From Vicugna vicugna (Eukaryota): a DNA stretch of 64,000 nt. The notes under the pieces are model-generated. The model was not told the origin of the DNA and did not search any database. It saw only the letters and a list, made by a program, of their open reading frames with translations. The position numbers were made by a program, and so were the translations under genes. Positions within the stretch are counted from its first letter, which is position 1; every line of letters begins with the position of its first letter. The DNA lies in the NCBI GenBank assembly GCA_013265495.1, contig MU061578.1, forward strand, positions 3,917,308-3,981,307, given 5' to 3'. Of this stretch, positions 53,461 through 64,000 are shown piece by piece.

Positions 53461-53691
53461 GCCTAAACATAGGATGGCACCCTCCCACCCTGGGAGCAGA
53501 ATGACGTGTGAGACAGAGGCTGGGGCTCCTGGTGGCAGAGGACAGCCAAGGCCTGGCACTGAAATGGCTCTGGACACTGAGGACGCCAGACAGAGGGCTG
53601 AGATGCTCCCTATTTTCTCTGCCATATCAACCAGGTGAAACACAAAATCTTGTGTGATTGTGAACATTTGTCAAAAACTCATCACATTGTA

Positions 53692-53795
53692 ATAGCCTAT
53701 AATGAAAAAGAATATATATGTATACCTGAACCGCTGTGCTGTATGCTGGAAATTAACACAACATTGCAAACTGACTATACTTCAATAAGACAGAA
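53692..53795 (+). mobile_element. ~100-bp L1 3' tip inserted in an older L1 3' end
   Basis: acacaacattgcaaactgactatacttcaataa; 19-bp TSD at 53673-53691 and 53796-53814. Confidence 0.75.
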
Positions 53796-54039
53796 AAAAA
53801 CTCATCATGTTGTACACTGAAAACTGATGAATGTTATTAAATCACACCTCATAAAGCTACCTTTAAAAAAAGAGAGAGAGAGACTTTACAGAAATTTAAA
53901 TAAAGCAAGCAGCACTTTGGTGCATGTGGTAGGCAGAAATCTAAAGATCACAACTGTCAGAAGGGAAAAATTTTAAAACACAGGTAATACCAGTATTTGA
54001 GTGCACTCGGAGAAATGGGAGCTCTTGGCTCTGAAGTGA

Positions 54040-54360
54040 GTGGACTCAGTTCCCGGGGCTGCTGTAACAAATGCCAAACTGATGGCTGAAAACAACAGAG
54101 ATGTATTATTTTCTCTTCGTTTGATCGGTGTGATGACCACATCACTACAGCCTCTGCCTCCGCATTCACATTGCCTCCAAGTCCCCAGATGTCTCATATA
54201 AAGTATGCAGGGGCTGCAGTTTGGGCCCATGCAGATAGCCCGAGACAAGCCCTTCCTCTCAAGACCTGTAATCACATCATTTGCCGTAGAACATAGCGCC
54301 TGCTGGATCCAGAGCTTAGGACGTGGTCGTATCTTTGGAGGCCACCATTCAACCCACTGC
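54040..54360 (-). mobile_element. MaLR LTR (MLT1-like)
   Basis: ggggctgctgtaacaaatgcca..aaaacaacagagatgtatta..gaggccaccattcaacccactgca. Confidence 0.7.
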
Positions 54361-54859
54361 AGTGGGGTGGCTACAAGCACGGTCATCAGTCTGGAGAACA
54401 ATTTAGCCGTACTTAATGCAGTGAGACGTGCCTGTGCCCTGGCCCAATGTTTGCCCCCGGGGCAGAGAGCCCAGAGAAGATTCCCCCAAAGAGAATAAGA
54501 TTATGGATAGTCAGGAAGGGCGCATTATACAGAAGCAGCAGCAGCAAATGAGAAGTTCTCTCAGCAACGTCGCTGGACTCCCAAGGTGTCATGCGGAGTG
54601 AGAGGAGGAATCCCCAACTCCAACTCTGGTTGGAGGGAACCTGGCAGAAGAGACCAGAGCAAACACCTGGGGCCTGGCTGGCAGGTGGAGAGGACCTCTT
54701 GCCCCAGATGGTGTTGCAGCAGAGTTCCACCAGGGGGCGCAGCACAGAAGGGTGGGAAGGGTTGGGCGATTTAACACCCCCGGAATATAAATCCCAACTG
54801 CCCAGAACCCAGACAGAGGAACGGGGCCCTTGGTCTTTCTCTCCGTTTTTTTGTTTTTG

Positions 54860-54985
54860 TGTTTGTTTGTTTGTTTGTTTGTTTTGAGCAGAGAAAGGTT
54901 TATTGCAGGGTTGAGCAAGGAGAATGGGTGGCTCATGCTCAGAAAAACCCGGAACTTTCCTCTGGGTCTTGATCTCACTTCCCTG
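54860..54985 (-). mobile_element. LTR 3' fragment next to (TTTG)n
   Basis: agagaaaggtttattgcaggg is an antisense AATAAA-containing LTR R/U5 segment. Confidence 0.4.
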
Positions 54986-55870
54986 TGGCAGGTGGTGCTG
55001 AGATATGAGTAGACCCATCTTTTCTGCCAGCAGACCTTCTGTCTGCCCGACAGGCCTCCCTCCTCCTCCTCCCAATAGCCCAGCAGGCTACCCTGGCTCC
55101 CCACTCCCGCCCCTGGCATCACCCCCACAGCAGGCTCCAGGGGCAGGAGGAGTGTTAGAATGCTAGAGGCCAAGTGTGCAGACAAGACCAGCAGCATGCT
55201 TCACTACGACCAGTGTCCACAGGAGTCCTGGGTGCAAGGTGGAACTTTGCAGCCAAAGTCCCTGGTCTCTGATTCAACCAACTCAGTGCAGTCATTTCAG
55301 TTAGTGACTAGTGAGGGTTCAGCTGATTCATTCATTCATTCATTCATCCTGTAAATACAAACTAATCACCACAGGCCAGGCACTGTTCTGGGCACTGGGA
55401 ATGAGCAAATAGACAAAATCCCTGCTCTCCCAGAGTGGGATGATCTACTGTGGGAGACTGGAACAAGATTAACAAGAGGGCACCGCCCGGGAACAGTCTT
55501 AACTTCAGTTACCTGTGCCTCCAAAAGACTGGCAAATCCTGTGGACATTTCACACTCCAGGAACGCCTGCACACAAATGCAAGCGGTCTCTGTAGCCCTT
55601 TAGGGGCCTGTCCAAGAAGCTCGAGTTTAAAAGAGCAGTGGGTGGAGCTCACAGCACCTGTCAGTCACGCCCCTGGGAGCCCTAGCAGCACAGCCCCGAC
55701 CTCCTAGGTGTTAGGAGACCCGTCCCACCTGCGGCCCTGCCTTGGCTATGCCCTACCTGTAGGCCCAGGCGCCCCCGTGTGGCCACAATGAGTAACTTCA
55801 GGCCCGACGTTTTAAGCATCTTTTAACAGGCAGCGGGCAGTCAGTGCCAGGTCAGAGCCCCGCCGAGGGG

Positions 55871-56295
55871 AAACTTGTCCCCATGTCCCATCTGCCACAG
55901 CGCACCTGCAGGTGTGGCCCCAGGCTCAGGTCCTAGTGCCGTGGGAGGGGTCCCCACAGCTCAGCACTGAGTCCAGCCCGGGAGGCAGCTGCACTTCCAT
56001 CCACTCTGGCTCCTCTCTGGCCATTTCCCCCAAAGCACCAATCATCCCTGGAGACCTTGAGGGCAGAACTGTGGGGGCAGAGGGGGTGGGGGTGGGGCCT
56101 GGTACAGAGTGGACGCTTAGTTTGCACTCCCTAGACACCCACAGAAAACTGCCCAAAGGAGTACAGCCAGCCAGCAGGATGTAGCCACCAGGGGACAGCA
56201 AAGAGCAAAGACCGCTGTTCCTGGAGGTCCTGACACTCTTCTGGGATCCCTGCTCCACGTTTTGTCTTTAAACTTGTTAAAATGATTAACTAAGA
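55871..56295 (+). repeat. Copy 2 of the direct duplication (partner 49839-50290)
   Basis: Colinear match to copy 1, about 6 kb upstream. Confidence 0.85.
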
Positions 56296-56529
56296 CTTGG
56301 ATTAAAAACAAAAACCGTATAGCACTACAGAAACAGAAGACCAGGTTAACTTCTAATAAACAGAAATACAACACAAGTTAAAACAGTGAAAATGATGTAT
56401 TGTCAGATTCTATGTCCTGCTGTCCATCAAGGGATGATGGCTCTTCCATCCCAGGACTCGGGGGAAAGAGGACAGAGAGCAGTGAGCCCCAGTTTCCCAG
56501 AGAGAACTCTCAGATCCCTCTGGAGCCAC

Positions 56530-57300
56530 TATGGTGGGAAGGGCCTCTCCCCTTCCGGCCAAGCCTTTAAGTCCACATGAAATCCAGCTGGAATGGCGAA
56601 AACCAGACCACACAGAGACTCCAGTGATGCTGAGTAGGGTCCTCATCACACCCCCGAATCCACCACTACAGTCCTGCAGAAACCAGATGGATCCTAGTGG
56701 GTGCTTGGTAACTTCGACCACACATGCTGGGCTGGTGTCTTACCAGGACAGATCAACTATCCTTTGGCACTGAGGATGAGACTATGGATCTGGTGAATGT
56801 GTTCCAGGAAGGAGGGCTGAAGCGTTTACCTGGAGAGGACAGCAGTGCACATGCGTGGTCTTGCCCAAGAGTGTCCAGCTGCCCTGCAGAGCACCCCCTG
56901 GTCCATTATGTTAATGACATCATGACAATGGAACTTGGCAAGATACACGCTAGCCAGGGGCATGGCTCATTGGGGGTTTGGGGGTTCAGTGCTTTGGGGG
57001 CATGCTGTGACGTCCCTTCCAAGAAAAAGGGCAACTTACAAGATGCACTTCCAGCCACCAACAAAGGGGCACAGAGCCCAGTGGCACCTCTGGCTTCTGG
57101 AAGCGTGTGTACTTGCTGGGACTGCGGCTCCAGCTCGGTATCAGGTGCTGACCCACTTATCCTTGGCCATCTCTGAGTGGAGCCCAAAGCAAGGAAAGGC
57201 CCTGCGGCTGATCCCGGCTAGTCTAAGCAGCCCTGCTGCCTGGCCCTATGACTTGGTGCTGTGAAGGGCATGATCTTCCCAGGGTCTCACAGAGCAGAGC
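56530..57300 (+). mobile_element. ERVL pol (reverse transcriptase) remnant
   Basis: QKPDGS*W, LVHYVNDIM (ERVL LVHYIDDIM) and GACCDVPSKKKGNL. Confidence 0.75.
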
Positions 57301-58939
57301 TGGCACTGGAGCTCTGTGCCCTCTGGCTTGTGGTCTACCCAGACCCCCTGGGCATTCAGCATGCAGGACCGGGGCTGGGGCACAGGCTGGGCTTTCTCCC
57401 ACCTCACAACCCCCGCCTCACCGCTCAACACCCCTACTCCAGCCAGGAGACCCAGTCAGGTAGTGAAGAGGCCTTCTCATGCCCTTGTCTCAGGATCTGG
57501 CTGGTGCAGAACATGCAGAAGACACTTGCCCTCTGCTCCTGCTTCCTCCACCGGCTCCAGGAGCACTGTGCCTTCCCACGAAGAATTGGTAACACATCCT
57601 CCTGGCTCTCTGACTTCTGAGCCCTCCTTTCTGAGAACCCCACACCATTCATTCATTCATTCAACGTGCCTCTCCCTAGTTTCTTGGCCTGTGCTGAGCA
57701 CCATGAGTGTGGGCCTGAATAAACCACCCCCTGCCTCAGGGCTGCTGTGCTGTTGACCCGGATCTGCTTCAGGGTCTCTCCAGCTCCTCTGCATCCTGCC
57801 TCCCACCCATCCTCCCCCGAGGGCACCCCTCCTCCTGGACTCTGGGCCTTCTGCTCAGCCTGAGCAGCCCAGCCCACTCTCCCAACACAGACCGCCAGGG
57901 GGCACCTCATTAAACAGCAGGCCTTGAAGGCTGGCAGCCAATGGGCTGGACACCTGAAAGGACAGTGGCCGGTAAGACAGGCCTCAGAGCAGTCTGCTCG
58001 GCCAGCCCATAACAAAGACCACAGACATTGCCCACAGCTCCGGAGGTGGGAGATCCAGGGTCAGGGTGGCGCCCACGTATGGGCTGGGAGGACACGATTC
58101 AGTCCAGAGAAGATGGTGTGAAAGCGCCCCGGCCTCACACCCTCATTGATCTCAGAGCCTGGGTACCGCCCCTCCCGGCCGCCTGAGGAGATACAGGGTT
58201 AGGGTATGAAGCCGCCTCTCAGCCCACATGGGAGGGGACATCCTATGAGTTCCCCCGACTCTGCTTCTCCAGCTTAGCTCCCCAAATTCTCTGGCTCACA
58301 CACCCCTACCTGCAGGACCGGCTCAGAGAGGCTCACCAAAGGCCCTACGTACCCAGAAACAGGAAAGGGCTCACCAGACCCAGCCCGGTCTCCCCACAGT
58401 GGCTCGGCCACACCTTGGGCAGGCCTCTGCTCCCTGTGGTCCCCGATCTCCCTCCTCTGCTGTGACTCACTGGTCTCTGGGCTTCCCCATAGCCAACCAG
58501 CTCTTCTGGTTTTGGTGTTTGTCTCATCTGTTTGAGGGTTTATTTATTAAGTTACCTCTTCTTGGGTCATTCTTGCTGATATTTCTCTTTTCCCATTTAG
58601 AGAAGAAGGGTTTTTTTTTTTTTTTAATGCACAGCCCTTACTGAGCTTCTTATCAGCCTTCAAAAACACCTCAAATGGCCCCGACTGAAAAACAACGAAG
58701 TGCTCTCCCCTGACCGGTTCCTTCTTCCAGCATCCTCCCTCCTGCGAGCCTGTCCTCTCCTCCCACCCGCCCCAAACCCTAACCCCACAGCTGCTCCACG
58801 GAAGTCACCCTTGACCTCCACGCGTGTTCCTGTCGGTGTGTGGGAGTGACTTGCCGTCCTGACTCGCCGGGACCGAGGACATTCCCAGGAGGTGAGAATT
58901 CAGGACGCTATTATTATTATCATTATTGTTGTTGTTGTT

Positions 58940-59490
58940 GTTGTTGTAAAATACACACAACATAAAATTTGCCATTGCAACTATTTAAAGTGATCAATTC
59001 AGTGGCATTTAGTACATTCACAATGTTGTGCAACCACCATCTCTCTCTGGTTCCAGAACATTTTCAAGCCCCAAAAGGAAACCTACCCCCTCAAAGACAT
59101 TGTTCCCCATTCCCCGCCCCTCTCCCAGCCCCTGGTGACCACCGATCTGCTTTCCGTCTGTGGATTTCCCTGTTCTGAACATTTCATATTTCACACTCCG
59201 TGGTATTTAGTGTCTGACTCTCCTCACTCAGCTCGTTCTCTGGGTGCGTCCATGTGGTGCTGGTTGTGGGGCCGAAGGATACTCCACTGTCTAAGGGGAG
59301 CAGCTGGCTTATCCATCATCCATTGATGAACCTGTGGCTGGCTCCCATTCTTTGGCTGTGGTGACTAGCAATGCTGTGAACATTCGTGTGCACATTTTAG
59401 TGTGAGTGCTGGTTTCAATTGTTTTACTTCTACACCTGAGAGGAATTGCTGGGTCATATGGGAAAGGACTTTCAAAGCTACAACCAAACT
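58940..59490 (-). mobile_element. L1M 3' end fragment
   Basis: aaaatacacacaacataaaatttgcca..tagtacattcacaatgttgtgcaacca; the - strand encodes PYDPAIPL. Confidence 0.8.
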
Positions 59491-62400
59491 GGTTGGGTGG
59501 ACCATCCCCTGTATTCCCTAATCTCCCAGCCGCCTTCACCCCGCTGTTCTGGGCTCATGCCAAGCTGCCTGCACTATCCTTCTGCTCCACGTCCACCCTC
59601 CACACGTTCCTCTGCCCAAACCTCTGGCCACCGCCCCATCAGTGCTGGTGTTCGTGGGTCCCGATTCAAGGCTTCCTGCCCTCCCCTCCGTGTGCAGCCC
59701 CTCCTGGGCCATCTCCTCCATCCCTGTACAGTGAGGCTGCCCAGGTCTGCACCTCCAGGGGTGTCTCATGGCACCTGGAACCCACTATGCCCCAAAATGG
59801 GCTCCTCCCCCTGCCCCTGCCAACCTCTAGACCTCGGCATATCCAGCCACCAGCTACCCAACCTCAAGGCCAAGGTCACCCTTTACTTTCCCTGCTCTCT
59901 CACCCCTGCCGAGTCTGAGACTTAGATATCTCTCCTCTGTCCACTTCACTCCTCTTCCCTGTCCAGGCCGCCAAATCCTCCCCCACCCCGGTTTCTGCAA
60001 GAGTCTCCCTGGTCTCCCTGTTGGTCCTGCCCTCTCCAAACTGTTGTGCACACTCTGATCCAACTAGAAGCCAAATCTGCCAGGGACACTAAAACCTTTC
60101 CCCGCCTTTCCCTCTCCCACAGGATAAAGTCTGTGTTCCTTGCTGGACCCCCCATGTCTGTCCATCCCACCCTGGCCATTCAAATCACTCTCTGGCCCCA
60201 ACTTCTCTGACTGCAGCCCTCACCATCACCCTCTGGAAAACTCCTTTCTATCTTCCCACCCCCTGCCTCGATGTTGCCTCCCCCAGGAAGGCTGCCCTGA
60301 TCTGTAAGAGACTGTCAGGACCTTTCCTCCATCCCCCTGGCCGTGTGTGGAAAGTGCACCCTCTCTGTGCTGCCTCCCTGCTGGGCTGTCAGTTCTGGGG
60401 GGCAGCAGGGACAGGTACTCACTCATGACCTCTTGTACCCCAGTTCTGAGCTGGGTACCAGCATGGACACACATTCAGTGAGCGTCTATTGTCTTGAAGG
60501 GAACAGAGAATAAATACGAAGGATTTGAGGTTCCTCGAGGATTTGAGCTCAAGAGGTGGAGAAGGCACAGCTGGGCCAAGCCGGCACCACAGTCTTCCGG
60601 GTGGGAAGCCGGGAGCAAGGGCGGAAGCGCTAGACGCGGCTGTCAGGCCTGGGAGAGGCCCCGCTGGACAGAGACTCTGGTGATGGAAAATAGCAGGAGA
60701 GTCCATGATGTGGCTGAACTGCCCTTCCTGCCTCAGGGCTCTGGGCAGTGTATTTGCCCCTCTGAGACAGTCTCCCTCCTCAAGGACAGACTGCCAGGGA
60801 CAGAGACATACACACTTGGTCCTGAGTGTCACTGGGAGCTGGAGTTCAAGATGTGGATTTTGAGCACCAGGAACCTGGGAGGGAACACATCACAATGGCC
60901 TTGGAGCATGTTGGCATGCACTCTAAGTGTGTCACTGAGTCGGGGCACAGAAAACACATGTCCACAGATAGTTCGGGGGGGGGGTTCAAGGAGCCTGTGT
61001 GAAAAAGCTCTGGATTATAGAATGAAGGAGATGTAACTGTTCCTTGTAGAATCTTTCAGACTGAAACAAAGAGAAAAGCTCCCCTTTGGGCCAGTTGGTT
61101 ACTTTAACACCTCTCCTACTCTTGGTATCCTTGCCCCCTCCCACATGATTCCCCTTTGAGAAAGGTAGGTGAGGTGAGAATCTAGCCAGGTAACACGATC
61201 AGGCTTCACACTTGGCGCATGGTCAGGTGTGCACTGTTTTTCTGTGGGTGCAAGCGTAGGGACAGCCCCTACCCAGTTGTGGAAGAAAGCCTCCTTTTCC
61301 CATGGTTACTTATTTAGCTGAGTGAGCAAACAAAGGGCTAGTCCACCAGCGTGGGGCTCACAGTGGGGCAGGCAGGGGTCGAACCTGCCTTGCCTGTTGC
61401 TGCGGACACCGGGTGTGGGGTGGAGCAGCAGTGGCGGTAATTTGCTGCTGTCTGGGCTGAGCACGCCAGGCTGGGAGGTGCCGCTGCAACATCAGAATAA
61501 ACTGAGCCAGGTAAGCGTGGTTTTCTTCTTCCTTCCACCTGACGCATTTAAATTCCTTCCCCCACCTGGGCCTAGGGTAAGAGGCACCCCTGCAAAGAGA
61601 GGCTTGTAGCTCCGTATGGGAAGGCCTTCCAGCGGCTGGGAGGAGGCAGGGAGGGGGCTGGGATTTAGAGCAGGTAGGCAGGGAGGAGGGAGGAGAGCCA
61701 CCTGGCTACGGTGTTGGGGGAGGGGACAGCGAGCAGAGGCCAGGCGGCTGGAGTGGCACAGGCGTGCAGGAGCAGCGAGGGGTGGTGGTGGTCTCACACT
61801 CGTTGTTTGAGGCAGAGCTGGCTGCAGTGGGGGACGGAGAGAGGTGACCTGACCTGCCAAGGTGGGCAAGGATAGGCGGCGCTGAAGCTGGCAGCAGCTG
61901 CGAGGTCCTCAGAGTGCCTCTGTAGATGTTGGGGGTGGAGCTGAGTCTGATAGGGTGTGGGGGAGGAGGGGAGATGTGGAACCAAGGCTGAGGCTGAAGG
62001 GAGGGCTCTGGAAATGTCCCCATGGGTGTGTGCACCTGCAAGGCATAGGAGCCAGGTACCTACCTCCAGGTGTGCTCAGCTTACACTTTCTCTCTTTCCC
62101 TCTCTCTCTCACTGTCTTGCAGTACCAAACAGGTTCTCCCAACTTAAGATGAAATAAAAACCAACCAACCCTTCCTTGGCCCCACACTGCATAAACAGGG
62201 AGGGAATGCGTGAATGAATGCATGCAGGTGGGGAGGTGCCTGGAGAGAGGAGGCCACCCGCCGCCACGCATCCTACTCCACTGCCCTCCTTCCTCTGTTT
62301 CGTGGGGGTGGGGGCCACACTCCGTTAGTGCCAGGGTCTTTCTGCACCGTACTGAGGGCACGGCTGAGCTGCAGCACATGGTCCCTTTATTCTCCACTTG

Positions 62401-63339
62401 TGGAAATGCTCGGGACAATCAGGTATTTCTCACCCTGTGGTCAGGTCTCTGCTGGCCAAGTTGGAGCAGAAATAGAGACCTGCCCTCTCCCAGCCCCACC
62501 ACCTGGGTGCTGAGAGGGACGCACAGCAGGATGGCCGCCTACCACCAGGTTCTGAGCACCCAGCCTGGTCACTGCCTCTCTAGTGACAGCGGTGTGGTGA
62601 TTTGGCGGCTGGTAGTGATGGGCATCTGATGAGTGTCTTCCTTTTTCATTTGAGACACAGAAAAGCAATCACACCCACGGGTCACAGGCAAACAGACAGT
62701 CCCCGACTTTGCTCGTTCATGTTCGAATGTACGAAACCATCTTTGGACAGGGGATGAGTAAGCTCGAGGACTCTGACCAGGTTCACATGTGGACAGTTAC
62801 GGGGCGGGTTGGCATCTTAATACAGCCCCAGCATCCCAGCTTGAGGCCTCTAGAAAGTGCCCTCTGGCCCTGTGGGGCCAGGCCAGTGTCTGAGGAGCCA
62901 GGTGGGGGTCTGAGAGGTGCTGCAGCCCCTTGGAGTCAGAGGGTTCCCTTAGGGTTCTTGCAAGGGGAGCCCCTTGAAAAGGGAGCAGTAGCATCAGTCA
63001 TAGACGGGTCACTGCTAAGTAGGAACATCTTGTGAAGGGCTCAGCCTGGCTCGGCTGGGCTGCAGTGGGGAGACACTCAGAGTCTCAGGGGGTGTCCTCA
63101 ATGTACCTGGAGAGCCCGAGGGCAGCACTGCCCACTGGAGCCTGGAGAAGGAAGTGGAGGGTACTGGGGCTGGGACAGAGGAGAGGACACTGTGGGAAGC
63201 AGACATGGGCACCTGTCCAGTGCCTTCCCAACACCCCCCTCGCAATCCACACGTATCCCCCAGAACTGGAAGATGGGGCTTCTCACCCTCCGAGGACGAT
63301 TCCCACGCCCTGGGCCTTCCGGACTTCTCCACAGCATTT

Positions 63340-64000
63340 TATGTAACAACAGCCAAACACAAGGCTTCCAATTTCTCCAATTCTGGCCAAAGTGATTGAC
63401 TGATTGATTGATTGATTTCTCTCTCTGTCTCTGTCTCTCTTTCTCTCTCTCTCTCTCTTTCTCTCTTTATTTTTCTTTTTAACATAAACCATCCAATGGG
63501 TATAACGTGGTATCTCATAGTGCTTTTGCTTTACATTTCTCTAATGGCTACTGGTGTTGAGCATCTCTTCACATGCTTACTGGCCATTTGCATGTCTTCT
63601 TTGGAAAATGTCTTTTCAGACCCTTTGCCCAGTTTTGAATTGGGTTTGTTTTGTTGATGTTGAGTTGGAGTCCTTTATATATTCTCACCATTAACCCCCT
63701 ATCAGCTATGTAATTTGCAAGTATTTTCTCTTATTCTCTGGGTTGCCTTTTTACTCTGTTAATAACATCCTTGGATGCACAAACATTTTTAATTTTGATG
63801 AAGTCCAATTTATCTATTTTTCCTTTTAGCTGCCTGGGCTTTTGGTGTCATAGCCAAGAAATTATTGTGAAATCCAATGTCATGAAGGTTTCTCCCTATG
63901 TTTTCTTCTAAGAGTTTCATAGTTTTAGCTCTTTGACTATATGTTTAGGTCTTTGAGTGAGTTTTGTATGTGGTGTGAGGTAGGGGTCCAACTTCATTCT
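63340..64000 (-). mobile_element. L1 ORF2 3' region running off the window, with (TGAT)n/(TC)n microsatellites
   Basis: gagcatctcttcacatgcttactggccattt..ttttgatgaagtccaatttatc..ggggtccaacttcattct. Confidence 0.85.

Overview
Eukaryotic (mammalian) genomic DNA, very likely a camelid because it carries four tRNA-Ala-derived vic-1-type SINEs. The window covers the mast-cell tryptase / implantation serine protease / mastin cluster; gene order and orientation resemble mouse Tpsab1-Prss29-Prss28-Prss34. One intact spliced gene is on the + strand: a 275-aa tryptase (6448-7787). It keeps the catalytic triad but has a radically altered substrate-binding segment (SWGEG -> SKRKG). On the - strand are five disabled or partial trypsin-family units: a two-exon orphan (13.1-13.8 kb), a PRSS29-like pseudogene cut off by an L1 (25.5-25.8 kb), and three mastin-like pseudogenes (26.7-27.3, 30.3-32.2 and 40.3-42.8 kb). 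The rest is mostly L1, LTR/ERVL and SINE sequence. It also holds a retroposed 5' half of tRNA-Gly(TCC) with a perfect 16-bp target-site duplication (TSD), an orphan CpG-island promoter, a 27-bp minisatellite and two ancient local duplications. Exon coordinates were read by hand. Repeat boundaries are approximate, and family or orthology names come from memory, not from database searches.
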